From the IMG/VR virus record IMGVR_UViG_3300027805_000006: 64,000 nucleotides of DNA; one strand, 5' to 3'. A program made the translations under genes and the position numbers. The notes under the pieces are model-generated. The model was not told the DNA's origin, ran no database searches, and was given only the letters and a program-made list of their open reading frames with translations. The stretch comes from a virus (taxonomy: Duplodnaviria > Caudoviricetes). This document shows positions 9,453 to 19,034 of this stretch, in pieces (within the stretch, counting starts at the first letter, position 1; every line of letters starts with the position of its first letter).

Positions 9453-10359
9453 ATACACGCAAAACAATAAAATAAATTTTGACTATGGCGGAGAAATGTT
9501 TGGAGATAAGACGTTAGGCTCTACACTAAAATTTAATCTGGCACAATGCACACGACGTCCTAAATCTTTTAAAGAGGAATGCTATGACGTTGCCCGTATT
9601 TTAAATGAAAAAGCAAAACACCAAGGAAGGGTTCCAACGATCTTGCTTTCTGGTGGGTTAGACAGCGAGGTTGTGTGCAAGGCATTTATTGAACAGGATA
9701 TACCCTTTGAGGCTGTAACTTTTAGGTTTGAAAATGAACTAAATCGGCACGAAATTCATTTCGTTAATAAATTTTGCGAAAGACACGGAATAAAGACAAG
9801 ATTTTTTGATATGGATGCCGTGTCTTTTATCAACTCAAGTGCTGCTCTTGAATTATACCTAAAGACCCGTTGTGCAAGAACTATTATGCTGCCGCATATG
9901 CTACTAATATCTGAAGTGTGGAATAATGGCGGAATGCCAATAGTTGGTGGTGGAGATATTGTTATTCACAATAGTAATGGGTGGAAATTTTGCAAATATG
10001 AGTATATGCTTTCTTGGTTTATCCACTCATTAAATGAAAGTATAGATGGGGGAGTAGCATTTTTTCAGCATACTCCAGAAATAATACTAGCAATGCTAAA
10101 CGAAAAAGAGATTATGTGGGCAACAGATCCAAAAAACATAAATGCAAGAATACTAAAGGATGTGCGGTTAGAAAAATATAAAACGTATCATCGTATTTGG
10201 CCAGATTTTGAAAAGCGGCCAAAATACTATGGAATTGAACTTGTATTTGATTTGTATATGCGAAAAATGTTTGAGTTTGATAAGCACCGGCAAATTCAGT
10301 ATGATGGAACTTGGGAAATAGATTTAGCAGAAGCCAGAAAAATTGTTGAACCTATCTAA
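9445..10359 (+). CDS. PP-loop (asparagine-synthase C-terminal-like) adenylating enzyme
   Basis: LLSGGLDSEVV; paralog of 6580..7515. Confidence 0.75.
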   Translation: MIEYTQNNKINFDYGGEMFGDKTLGSTLKFNLAQCTRRPKSFKEECYDVARILNEKAKHQGRVPTILLSGGLDSEVVCKAFIEQDIPFEAVTFRFENELNRHEIHFVNKFCERHGIKTRFFDMDAVSFINSSAALELYLKTRCARTIMLPHMLLISEVWNNGGMPIVGGGDIVIHNSNGWKFCKYEYMLSWFIHSLNESIDGGVAFFQHTPEIILAMLNEKEIMWATDPKNINARILKDVRLEKYKTYHRIWPDFEKRPKYYGIELVFDLYMRKMFEFDKHRQIQYDGTWEIDLAEARKIVEPI

Positions 10360-11833
10360 CTGTTGTGACTAGACTAATATTGTCCATTAGGTGAGGTAAG
10401 TTAAAGTGTTTAGAGAACTGTGTTATGTACTTCAACTTGAATTTGTTTGTCTCTATTAGATCTACATCTGGCATCTCGCGTTTCTTCGTGCTTAACACTG
10501 TTTGCATATCATAGCCCATATTAATACCATTAGCAACACTCCACGATGAAACTCTACATCTTGGATTTGTTGCAAGCATTGCCGTATCAGAAAGTTGTTT
10601 TGCAATATGTGATGTTGCATATGGTGATTTCCAGTGCCAATATCCATCTTCTGTTTTTTCAGTTAAGAAAAAACCCAGTTCATTTGCATTTTTTGAAATA
10701 TCTGATCGGTGATCTTTTTTCCCATCTGTTGGAGGTGGCATAACAACAAAACTTCTAAAGGTTATTCTTCCCATTGCGTGTTGGTTCCACCAGCGTATGT
10801 TATCATACACGTCGGTAACTGGATCATGTGGAAGTCCAATTATCATACTGACACACAAATTTATTTTTTTGCCCCAAATATCAGAATAAAGTTTGGGTAG
10901 CCAGTCCTTTGCGTGTTTTGCTGACCACCCCTTTCCAATGTATTGCGCCGCCTTTTTATTAAAAGTTTCTATCCCTAAGAATGGTGAAACTAGACCGCTC
11001 TGCTGTAGGTGTTCGGCGCTTTCTGGTTTTGACCAAATTAAATCCGCGCGGCAGTACCCAACCCACTGTATTGGAAATCCAAGATCTTTTTCAAAATTTG
11101 CAAACCTTGCAACCTTATCGTAGTCTTCATTCGCTGTGTCATCCATAAACATATATTTGTCAGTGCCAAACATATCTTTATTGTACTTCATTTCATCAAC
11201 AAGCAACTGATGCTGTCTTAGGTATGAACCTTTTTCCTTGCCAATTAAAGAATAACTACAAAATTTGCACTTAAAAATACATCCTCTTCCAAGTTCGATT
11301 GGCAGCATTTCACCAGAAATAATCACATCATCGGGTATAAATCGATGATTTAAATCTTTAATGTCAAATGACGGATTAAGTAAAGAAACCCCATGCTTCT
11401 TTTCTTGACACCATTTTAAAAATTCATCTTCTCCATATCCAACAAATGATGCGGCAACAGGAACTCTTGGATCTTCTAAACCGGAGTATTGATATTGTCC
11501 TCCTGTCACTATTTTCAATTTTGGAAATTTTTCTTTTAACTTTTGTATTGCTAGAACAATGTTATCTGACCAAAGTGCCGTTGGTCCCAAAAATGTTCTG
11601 CTAAGTCCTAAGCATATTGTTTTTTCTGATATGAAAGGCTCTGTTAGTGCCACAAGTTCATCATCTTCCATAAGGTGGGCGAACTCAATAACCTGAACCT
11701 TGAAGCCATGTTTTCTCAACCAATATGCAAGTTGATATGCTCCCATTGGACGGGAAAGAACTGGGTGTCTGTCCTTGTAACCATACCTAGTTGCTGCTTT
11801 TATTCCAGACCATAAAATGATATCGCGGTGCAA
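10352..11833 (-). CDS. radical SAM protein with N-terminal cobalamin-binding-like domain
   Basis: IELGRGCIFKCKFC, FMDDT, YCRADL, LGIETFN; probable TTG start at 11833 with GGAG SD (ORF track extends to 11905). Confidence 0.88.
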   Translation of the reverse strand: MHRDIILWSGIKAATRYGYKDRHPVLSRPMGAYQLAYWLRKHGFKVQVIEFAHLMEDDELVALTEPFISEKTICLGLSRTFLGPTALWSDNIVLAIQKLKEKFPKLKIVTGGQYQYSGLEDPRVPVAASFVGYGEDEFLKWCQEKKHGVSLLNPSFDIKDLNHRFIPDDVIISGEMLPIELGRGCIFKCKFCSYSLIGKEKGSYLRQHQLLVDEMKYNKDMFGTDKYMFMDDTANEDYDKVARFANFEKDLGFPIQWVGYCRADLIWSKPESAEHLQQSGLVSPFLGIETFNKKAAQYIGKGWSAKHAKDWLPKLYSDIWGKKINLCVSMIIGLPHDPVTDVYDNIRWWNQHAMGRITFRSFVVMPPPTDGKKDHRSDISKNANELGFFLTEKTEDGYWHWKSPYATSHIAKQLSDTAMLATNPRCRVSSWSVANGINMGYDMQTVLSTKKREMPDVDLIETNKFKLKYITQFSKHFNLPHLMDNISLVTTVR

Positions 11834-11858
11834 AATTATCTCCACATTATTATGCAGG

Positions 11859-11884
11859 TATTTATCTGCTGTTTTTAGTAAATA
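11859..11884. promoter_or_regulatory. divergent pair of late TAAATA motifs
   Basis: TATTTA at 11859-11864 (minus strand) and TAAATA at 11879-11884 (plus strand). Confidence 0.6.
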
Positions 11885-11905
11885 TTTCGTAAAAGGAAAA
11901 AACAA

Positions 11906-12679
11906 ATGTCCTATAATACAATTTCAAAAAATGAACTGCTTAGTGTTCTGCAGCGAAATAGAAAGAAACTATTTTTAGATAAGTCAGTTTGGTGCAGAAC
12001 TCTTCAATTGCTAAAACTGGAACAGCAACTTGGAAATATACTCTACTTACCTTTAGATATTGAGCCGCTTCTTGATGATAAGGAAGAACAACTTTTCAAA
12101 GAATGGTTTTTTGAAGTATCAAAACCTATTAAAAAGTACAACTCAACTACAGGGCTTCAATGGGGAGAAAACAATAATCCATATGACGCTATTACAACAC
12201 CGGATTTATCTGACAATGTTTATCATCAAAATCCTGTAGAAATTGATAAATTTTTTCCTGGAATAAAAAAGAAACTAAAGCAACTTCCATTTAAAGAAGT
12301 TCCAGAATACAGGATATGGAGTTCTAGAACAGAAATTCCAATTCACCGAGATGCTTGGTATCCGCTTGACGTTCCAAGCAGTTTTAGATTTATGCTCTTT
12401 GATGAAAATCCAGAAAGCACTTTCTGGCTTCAGGAAGATTTTAGGGATGGCAGTAATGAAAGATTTTTTATTCCAAAGCACAAGTGTTTTTCTTGGAATA
12501 ATCTAAGAACTACTCACGGCTCTGTATTCTCACCGCAATACAGGAAAGCACTTCTTATACCTGCACCCGTTGAATTTGATTTAAGGGAGTTTCGAAAGTT
12601 AATTATTAGGAGTGTAAAAAAATATGAAAATCAAATTGTTTATAGCAGTAAAAAAATAAATGATTTTATTGATGCTTAG
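11906..12679 (+). CDS. putative dioxygenase-like protein
   Basis: IPIHRDAW...THGS...RKALL fits HxD..H. Confidence 0.55.
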   Translation: MSYNTISKNELLSVLQRNRKKLFLDKSVWCRTLQLLKLEQQLGNILYLPLDIEPLLDDKEEQLFKEWFFEVSKPIKKYNSTTGLQWGENNNPYDAITTPDLSDNVYHQNPVEIDKFFPGIKKKLKQLPFKEVPEYRIWSSRTEIPIHRDAWYPLDVPSSFRFMLFDENPESTFWLQEDFRDGSNERFFIPKHKCFSWNNLRTTHGSVFSPQYRKALLIPAPVEFDLREFRKLIIRSVKKYENQIVYSSKKINDFIDA

Positions 12680-13221
12680 ATGAACCCATATTTTTCAAAT
12701 TTTTTTGCTACTAAATTAAATGGGATGGAAAACCAACTGAACTGAATAAAAGAACGAGTTTCGCCTTCTGGTATATCAACGCTGTGTATTTTTGAAATGT
12801 TTAAAAGATATGCATCATCTTTTTCAGCGGTAAAACTAGAAATTTCTTCAAGGTCTTTTGGATCATACTGGTTAGGAACTTTATGATGATCAGCAAGATT
12901 TTCAGAATAGTACTTGCTCATTACAGGTTTTGCCTTTGGTTTTATTTTCCAAAATCTAGTTATTCCCTTTCCTGGTCCTATGTAGATATTAAGTTTTGCT
13001 GAAGCATCTACATCAAAATGTGGAACAAAAGAATTATATGCTTCTGACAAACAAATCTGCTCTGGAGAAAGAATTCTCAGTTGCTCTGGAGAAAAGAGTG
13101 TATAAAGCCTTTTTATTTTAAACTTATGAATTGAACTCCCGCGCCAAAGAAATTCGCCTTTATAGGCATCTACACTTTCAGACTGTATTTTAAATTTTGT
13201 TTTTATAAATGAAGGATACAT
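12676..13221 (-). CDS. putative Fe(II)/2OG-type dioxygenase (cupin fold)
   Basis: PHFD..AKLNIY...IHSV...RSFIQ. Confidence 0.6.
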   Translation of the reverse strand: MYPSFIKTKFKIQSESVDAYKGEFLWRGSSIHKFKIKRLYTLFSPEQLRILSPEQICLSEAYNSFVPHFDVDASAKLNIYIGPGKGITRFWKIKPKAKPVMSKYYSENLADHHKVPNQYDPKDLEEISSFTAEKDDAYLLNISKIHSVDIPEGETRSFIQFSWFSIPFNLVAKKFEKYGFI

Positions 13222-13228
13222 CCAATTT

Positions 13229-13738
13229 TCAATCCTTTATTAAGCGCTGCTGCTGTCTTGTAAGTCCTTCAGATAACTCCTTAAGATTTTTTGGTTTTTC
13301 AATAGGTTGCTTACTTAGATCTGGTTTTATATTTACTGGTGCTGGAGGAGGTGGTTTTACCTCTGCTTTAGGAGTAGCCTTTTCACCAACACTTGGCACA
13401 GGTACTACAGGTGCAGGAGTGGGTGCTGGAACCGGAGTTAGTTCTGGAACTGCAGCGACTGGAGGTGACGGCATAATCAGCGCTCTTGGTCTTTCAACTG
13501 GAACAGTCTTCATTCTGTCCTGAAGAATTACAAGCATTGCCTGCTGAAATCCTACCAACTGTGCGAGTTCTTTTTGGAGATCAGCGTTCCTCTGTTCTAA
13601 TTTTTTAATTTCTTCTGTTAGGCGCTCATCCTTTGCGTACCGCTCATCTATTTTGAAAAGAAGGGGTATTGAGACGGTCAAAGATGAAATGACAGCCGCC
13701 AGCGTTGCTGGAATTCCTATTTTTCTTAATAGTTCCAT
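13229..13738 (-). CDS. membrane-anchored coiled-coil, Pro-rich protein
   Basis: N-terminal hydrophobic helix, coiled coil, then PAPTPAPVVPVP tract. Confidence 0.7.
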   Translation of the reverse strand: MELLRKIGIPATLAAVISSLTVSIPLLFKIDERYAKDERLTEEIKKLEQRNADLQKELAQLVGFQQAMLVILQDRMKTVPVERPRALIMPSPPVAAVPELTPVPAPTPAPVVPVPSVGEKATPKAEVKPPPPAPVNIKPDLSKQPIEKPKNLKELSEGLTRQQQRLIKD

Positions 13739-13747
13739 ATTGTTGTC

Positions 13748-14080
13748 TCACACTGAAAAACTAGAACCACAGCCGCAAGTAGTAGAAGCATTTGGGTTAT
13801 TGATGGTAAAACTACTTCCCAGCAGTTCTTCCTTGTAGTCAATCTCAGCACCTGCAAGGTAGGTTTCGCTCATCGCATCAACTACTACCTTTATTTCCCC
13901 AAGATCGACTTCAAAATCGTCTTCGTGCTGCTCTTCATCAAGGGTAAAGCCAAACTGAAATCCTGCGCAGCCACCACCCTGTACGAATGCCCTTAGTTTT
14001 AGGTTAGGGTTTCCTTCAGATGTGATGATGTCAAAGATTTTTTGCTTTGCTTCAGGGGAAACTGTTAATTGAGACTGCAT
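13748..14080 (-). CDS. erpA: A-type Fe-S cluster insertion protein (ErpA/IscA family)
   Basis: [17 protein letters not shown] ... [14 protein letters not shown]. Confidence 0.93.
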   Translation of the reverse strand: MQSQLTVSPEAKQKIFDIITSEGNPNLKLRAFVQGGGCAGFQFGFTLDEEQHEDDFEVDLGEIKVVVDAMSETYLAGAEIDYKEELLGSSFTINNPNASTTCGCGSSFSV

Positions 14081-14115
14081 TTGTTGGTCCTCTAATATGG
14101 TTATGGGTTTAGAAA

Positions 14116-14550
14116 TTACTTATTCAGTGAAAAAACTACATCATATTCATATCGCAATGGCTTAATAATTTGAATTAAATTACAACTGTAGTCAAGTGCA
14201 ACTCTTAGGGTTATATCTCCAACTAGTGGGCCATACGATAATGGTAAAACTTGATCAACTATATCTGGTTTTACTTGATTCATTTTTTGCACTTGGCCTG
14301 CAGTAACATGGACTGCTGGAAGTGTCTCTACCTGCCCTTCATGAATGACTTGGCGATAAATGTCGACGTCGCAGAAGCGGTGACGTTTAAATCCATATGT
14401 TAGCATAATTCGGTTATTATGTATTTTTGCTGTAGCCTCACCAGTATATTCTCCAGGCAGAGATGTATCAAGCAACATGTAGACAATGCTTATCACAAGC
14501 GCAAGGCTTGGTACCCAAATTAATTTGTAGAGATAATCTAAGCGTGACAT
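14116..14550 (-). CDS. hypothetical membrane-anchored protein
   Basis: N-terminal transmembrane helix; two Cys. Confidence 0.7.
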   Translation of the reverse strand: MSRLDYLYKLIWVPSLALVISIVYMLLDTSLPGEYTGEATAKIHNNRIMLTYGFKRHRFCDVDIYRQVIHEGQVETLPAVHVTAGQVQKMNQVKPDIVDQVLPLSYGPLVGDITLRVALDYSCNLIQIIKPLRYEYDVVFSLNK

Positions 14551-14552
14551 TG

Positions 14553-14828
14553 TTATTGACCACCAGCCCTAATAACATTCTTTAGTGTATCCCATACCGT
14601 AGTAATGCCGATTAAAATCGCTGCTATCCACGTTACGACTGAAAGTGTTTGCTTTGCTAACCATTTGCGGCGGCCATCCTCTTCAATCATCTTACGAATA
14701 TATTTCATCTCATCGGCAGTTAACATATTTTCGGAATGATCTAGTTGGCGGCGGCGCTCGGGGCCATTATAATTGTCTGAGTCTTTGCGGACTCGGCGTT
14801 CTATAAATTCTTTTTCGTCTCTTGACAT
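14553..14828 (-). CDS. hypothetical membrane protein, possibly lysis-related
   Basis: PERRR motif and C-terminal transmembrane helix; ORF track extends to 14933. Confidence 0.6.
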   Translation of the reverse strand: MSRDEKEFIERRVRKDSDNYNGPERRRQLDHSENMLTADEMKYIRKMIEEDGRRKWLAKQTLSVVTWIAAILIGITTVWDTLKNVIRAGGQ

Positions 14829-14963
14829 TTTAATGCTACCTTTCAGCGTGCGGTTAATTATGGGTTTATTCCATATTTTGAAAGCACCTTTAAAAGGCGG
14901 CTGGTGTCTAGATCGCTTGAATTCTTTTTTCAAGAGTTTTTACGTAGTCGTAAAAGATGCTCT

Positions 14964-15008
14964 TTTAAAGTATTATTTAAAGTATTATTTAAAGTATTAT
15001 TTAAAGTA
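14964..15008. repeat. 12-bp tandem repeat TTTAAAGTATTA x3.75
   Basis: Read directly from the sequence. Confidence 0.95.
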
Positions 15009-15010
15009 CT

Positions 15011-15829
15011 TCACTTATTTTCATCTAAAACACAAAGATGATTTAGTATATTTATTACTTTGCTATCATTTGCAATGGTATAGCGAGGCTTAAATGTACC
15101 CAGTTGAACTGAAATATGAACAGAAGTTAGTTGATGATCCTCTACTTCTCGGTTTAAAGGATTAATTTTAGATAGTTCAATTGCTACCTTGCGGTATCGT
15201 GAAACGTTTGATGGGCAAAGATAGTTGGCATTGGTATCTACGATTGCGGCTGCAAACTTGCGTGCCAACTGCTTATCAAGTGAAACAATCAGGTGTGAAA
15301 CAATAACACTTGGGGAACTTGACTTGCCAACCTCTGGAGAAACAATTAGACGTATGTTAAGACACATTGTTGTAAGTGCCATACCTGTCACCGGTGTTGA
15401 AATTTTCCAAGATACGCTAAGGTCACGAGAATTTGTTTTCCCGTCCGGGAGTGGGAAAACCGATTGAATTAGTTGCTCAGCAACATTTCCCTTTTCAATA
15501 TGCTTATGTAGAATAATTACTTCTCTGCCTGCGTCAATTAGTTGTTCAAGTTCAGTTGCAACTTCCTTCAAAAACCACTTTGTTCGGGTTTCAAGAGGAA
15601 TAAGTCTATTCTTTTCTAACCGCCCTCCGCCGCGCGGTACTATTTCTCCGCCGTGCCAGATTGCTTTCTTGTTGTTTGGATATGGTTGCATCTGAAAGAA
15701 ATTATCAATGATGACACTTGCCTTAAAGGTCAAGTCATACTTCTTAGCTGCGAGAGTCTTAAAGTACTGAAGAAAGCGATTGCCCTCAAGAAGAGGTGCT
15801 TCTTTGTCAGTGAGTGTTTTTGCTAGCAT
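15011..15829 (-). CDS. hypothetical protein
   Basis: 272-aa ORF. Confidence 0.75.
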   Translation of the reverse strand: MLAKTLTDKEAPLLEGNRFLQYFKTLAAKKYDLTFKASVIIDNFFQMQPYPNNKKAIWHGGEIVPRGGGRLEKNRLIPLETRTKWFLKEVATELEQLIDAGREVIILHKHIEKGNVAEQLIQSVFPLPDGKTNSRDLSVSWKISTPVTGMALTTMCLNIRLIVSPEVGKSSSPSVIVSHLIVSLDKQLARKFAAAIVDTNANYLCPSNVSRYRKVAIELSKINPLNREVEDHQLTSVHISVQLGTFKPRYTIANDSKVINILNHLCVLDENK

Positions 15830-15843
15830 ATCACCCTTCTAAG

Positions 15844-15872
15844 CAAGTACTGGGCCATTTGGCCCAGTACTT
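15844..15872 (-). terminator. intrinsic terminator-like hairpin
   Basis: AAGTACTGGGCC-ATTT-GGCCCAGTACTT downstream of the lipoprotein gene. Confidence 0.7.
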
Positions 15873-15886
15873 TATTCATTTAGTTA

Positions 15887-17401
15887 TTAACCTCCAACCA
15901 CCACCAGTTCGGTAACCTTTCGATCACCCGTCTTGATGGTGCCGTGATCAACAACATTACCAGTATCAAAGTTCAACTCAATGATCTTGGTATCGCTGTT
16001 CGCAGTAGAGACTGCTCCCCAAAGCATTGCCTTGTCCTTGAACATTTCAAACTTGCGGCCAGCACTAAAGAAGTATCCAATGCTGTCAGTATTGAAGTGC
16101 TTCATGGTGTTGGTAGCAACGTTCAGGCGGGAGAAGATGTTGCCAGAACCATTTACACAGAAGGCGTTTTCTCCTTCGAGGCGGGCGTATGTAGCACCTT
16201 CAGCAACTGCAACTGAAGCACTGGCACTTTCGCCGGGTCGGGTAAGAAGATTGTAGGCACCAGTGGTGGTGTTCCAAACCAGGCAACGATCAGACATTAC
16301 CCACTCCCCAAACCGGCCACGAACACCGTAGGAACCAGGAACGCGAAGTTGCGCAGGTGTCCATTCAGTGTAGGAGTTGGTGCTGAGGTTAAGTTGGCGC
16401 ATATACTGCGAGTATTCAAGCCATACAAAATTGCCTGCGGCATCAAGCATAACACCAGAACCGGGGTACTTTGAAGCAGGAATTTCAGGGCTACCCATCG
16501 CGGTGCTGATGATCTTGAATGCCTTCGAGTTTGCGTCGAGTGCCAGCACTACATCTGAACGCTGGGTAGAGGTAGCAACCAACCAATTTCCATTGTAGGC
16601 GAGGAAGCCAACGCCTGTCTTGATTGGGAGGCTTTCCTCAGTTAGCGTCTTGAGAGTAACCTTGCCATCATCAGCCACGGCAAGCGTGCGTACATGGCCA
16701 GACTTGAAGACTAGAACTGCAGTATCAGAACTGTTGAATGCTTGATCGCCTGCTTCAAGCACGTGGGAAATCTGATCCCCATCCACTTGGACTTCTACAG
16801 TTGCGCCGGATGAAGTAATGACATACATAGCATCCTTGTACGTAACCGTGCAGTTAGCATTAATGACAGAAGGAACCGTCAACTTGCCCAGCATGTGGCC
16901 CTTACCAGGATGCACGTCCCACAGACGGTGAATTCGTGCTTCAGCAGTTGAAGTATCACAGTGGGTAATCAAAGCGCCATTTGCATCACGAAGGTCAAGA
17001 TTTAGCGTAACCAACTTGCCGCCTTGAATCTTGTTGGTAAAACCAAAGTTCGAGCCAGGATTGACCTTTACTGAGGTGTTGGCATATGCCGTACCTGCAA
17101 AAGTGCTGGTGGCATCAAACATAAAGCGCTTCAGGAAACTATCCAGGAAGCCGACAACAGTGGATGAAGTAGCAGTCTGGGCAAGAACGTCATTCGTCTT
17201 GATGTCCATACCAACCAGACTGACATTGACTGCAGTAGGAGAAGGGGCGGCGGCGGTAGCAGGAGGAGTGCTAGTGCCACCTGAAGTGCCACCTGAAGAA
17301 GTTGCGGGTGCAGGGGCAGATCCACCACCACCGCCACAGGCAGAAAGGATGGCAACTGACATTGCAGCCAGAGCAAAACGAGCGGTGCGAGAAGTCTTCA
17401 T
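15887..17401 (-). CDS. large lipoprotein
   Basis: Signal peptide with lipobox LSAC, Gly/Ser/Pro linker, beta-rich body. Confidence 0.85.
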   Translation of the reverse strand: MKTSRTARFALAAMSVAILSACGGGGGSAPAPATSSGGTSGGTSTPPATAAAPSPTAVNVSLVGMDIKTNDVLAQTATSSTVVGFLDSFLKRFMFDATSTFAGTAYANTSVKVNPGSNFGFTNKIQGGKLVTLNLDLRDANGALITHCDTSTAEARIHRLWDVHPGKGHMLGKLTVPSVINANCTVTYKDAMYVITSSGATVEVQVDGDQISHVLEAGDQAFNSSDTAVLVFKSGHVRTLAVADDGKVTLKTLTEESLPIKTGVGFLAYNGNWLVATSTQRSDVVLALDANSKAFKIISTAMGSPEIPASKYPGSGVMLDAAGNFVWLEYSQYMRQLNLSTNSYTEWTPAQLRVPGSYGVRGRFGEWVMSDRCLVWNTTTGAYNLLTRPGESASASVAVAEGATYARLEGENAFCVNGSGNIFSRLNVATNTMKHFNTDSIGYFFSAGRKFEMFKDKAMLWGAVSTANSDTKIIELNFDTGNVVDHGTIKTGDRKVTELVVVGG

Positions 17402-17558
17402 TTGGTATTTCTCCAGTTTTCCAGTTTTTCCTGAGGGATTACCCCTCCTGTGATTGCTGCAGACCCGCTGCAGCGACGGTAAAGATATTATAACCTGAAT
17501 TCAGAAAAAGAACATCATTGAATTGTAACTGTTTCATTGGTGTAACAAGTTTCTTGTA

Positions 17559-17882
17559 TCAGGCGGTGTTAAGGGTGGCACCGATGGTCTTGGTTATTTC
17601 ACGCTCACGGGCGTGGGCTTCAGCCTTTCCACGTACTTTCTCGAGGACCTCAGTCGAGAATGCCTCTGGTCCAAAGGTACGAATGGCTTCACACAGTTTC
17701 CAGCCTTTGTTATGCCGAAGGGCTCGGGTTACGTGCCTTTGCCAGCGACCTTCGACTGCCTTCTTCGGGGTATTCCCGGCACAGACGGTCAAACCAATGT
17801 AGATTTCATCTGTTGGAATGCAGGTAACTTGGTAGATAACGTGCATTCTGTCTGACCGGAGTTTTCTCTTTGTCTGTCGCAT
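17559..17882 (-). CDS. GIY-YIG nuclease-family protein
   Basis: HVIYQV...EIYIGLT...RWQRH...EAHARE...LN. Confidence 0.8.
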   Translation of the reverse strand: MRQTKRKLRSDRMHVIYQVTCIPTDEIYIGLTVCAGNTPKKAVEGRWQRHVTRALRHNKGWKLCEAIRTFGPEAFSTEVLEKVRGKAEAHAREREITKTIGATLNTA

Positions 17883-17888
17883 GAATGC

Positions 17889-17918
17889 ATTATACATCAA
17901 CCTGGGGGAAGATGTAAG
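17889..17918 (-). promoter_or_regulatory. sigma70-type early promoter
   Basis: CTTACA-18 nt-TATAAT. Confidence 0.55.
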
Positions 17919-17923
17919 AAAGA

Positions 17924-17949
17924 TTGTAACAATCCTTAGATTGTTACAA
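17924..17949 (-). terminator. perfect inverted repeat, terminator or operator
   Basis: TTGTAACAATC-CTTA-GATTGTTACAA, followed by TCTTTCTT on the minus strand. Confidence 0.6.
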
Positions 17950-17971
17950 CCAAAAGTAATAAATTTGTAAT

Positions 17972-18304
17972 TTACTCGGGGGTATCTTGACCTTCAGCAA
18001 CTTGCTTGACCATAATTTCGGCTTCAAGCATGAGTTTATCCATTGCTGATTTGTATTCCTTGGTCATTTTGCCAATCTTGTCAAAGACGGTGAGACCTTC
18101 TTTATCCTTGACAGTATCCAACTTCATTGCACCAGTCTTCTTCGCAAGTTTAGTAAGTGCTTCAACCTTATCTTCAAGGTCTGCAAGGCTGTCATTGACA
18201 ACAGAAAGAATTCCATCAAAATCAGAAGATGCTGACTTTGCTTCAGCAATATCCTGCTGACTGTTAGATGTGATTGCAGTGAGGTCTGCAAGTGCTTGAA
18301 ACAT
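17972..18304 (-). CDS. hypothetical coiled-coil protein
   Basis: ORF preceded by a full TATAAATA. Confidence 0.75.
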   Translation of the reverse strand: MFQALADLTAITSNSQQDIAEAKSASSDFDGILSVVNDSLADLEDKVEALTKLAKKTGAMKLDTVKDKEGLTVFDKIGKMTKEYKSAMDKLMLEAEIMVKQVAEGQDTPE

Positions 18305-18329
18305 TTTTGTGCTCCTAGTTGCTTAGGGA

Positions 18330-18337
18330 TATTTATA
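18330..18337 (-). promoter_or_regulatory. T4-type late promoter TATAAATA
   Basis: Exact consensus, 26 nt before ATG 18304. Confidence 0.7.
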
Positions 18338-19034
18338 AGGCGCTGTCTGGGCGCTTCAACTTCATGCTAGCGAATTCTGTGGTAAGTTGCTGCTGAGCGT
18401 CTTTTAATTTCCCAGAAACATTCATCAGTAATTGGAAAACTGCTAGAATTGCCTCGCGCTGCTTCATTGCGGGGGTCTTTGAAATTGCAGAAAGAAGATT
18501 TGACAAAGAGACGGGTATGTCAATTTTTGGAAGACCATCGCCACATTTCACCATACCAGTGATGTGCTTTCCATGTGCCTTTGCAAATTCACGTACAGAG
18601 ATGGTGCTAAGGTCGTATAAGTTACCCCTGATTGCGGCTTCAACGTCGCTGTCTGAAAGCACCGCTTCATTCTTTGCTTGTGCTCTTCTTATAAAAGCCC
18701 TTGCTACATGCTCAAGGCTCTTTGACAAATTCAAAAGACCTATCGTAATTGCTACTGCTTCTGCCTTATCAGATGGAATGAAACTCTTGGTGTTTGCTGG
18801 TGATTCTGGAGATGCAAGTAGTTTTTGCAGAAGGACAGACATAAGGCTGCATAGGTCATTTTGCTGCTCTGGACTAAGTTTCTTCCAGCAGCGCTTTGCT
18901 TGCTTTTCTACTGTTTCAAGAGGAGATGCCCATCCTTTTCTTACGCCAGAAACTATTGACTTTACTTCAAGGTCGTCGCCTTGAGATAAGTCTTCACCCA
19001 GCAGCAGTTGAATAGTGCGAAATTGTGTACTCAT
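18333..19034 (-). CDS. hypothetical protein, paralog of 19031..19750
   Basis: SFIPSDKAEA vs SFTPSSKKEA; AVFQLLMNVS vs AAFYILMNFS. Confidence 0.75.
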   Translation of the reverse strand: MSTQFRTIQLLLGEDLSQGDDLEVKSIVSGVRKGWASPLETVEKQAKRCWKKLSPEQQNDLCSLMSVLLQKLLASPESPANTKSFIPSDKAEAVAITIGLLNLSKSLEHVARAFIRRAQAKNEAVLSDSDVEAAIRGNLYDLSTISVREFAKAHGKHITGMVKCGDGLPKIDIPVSLSNLLSAISKTPAMKQREAILAVFQLLMNVSGKLKDAQQQLTTEFASMKLKRPDSAL

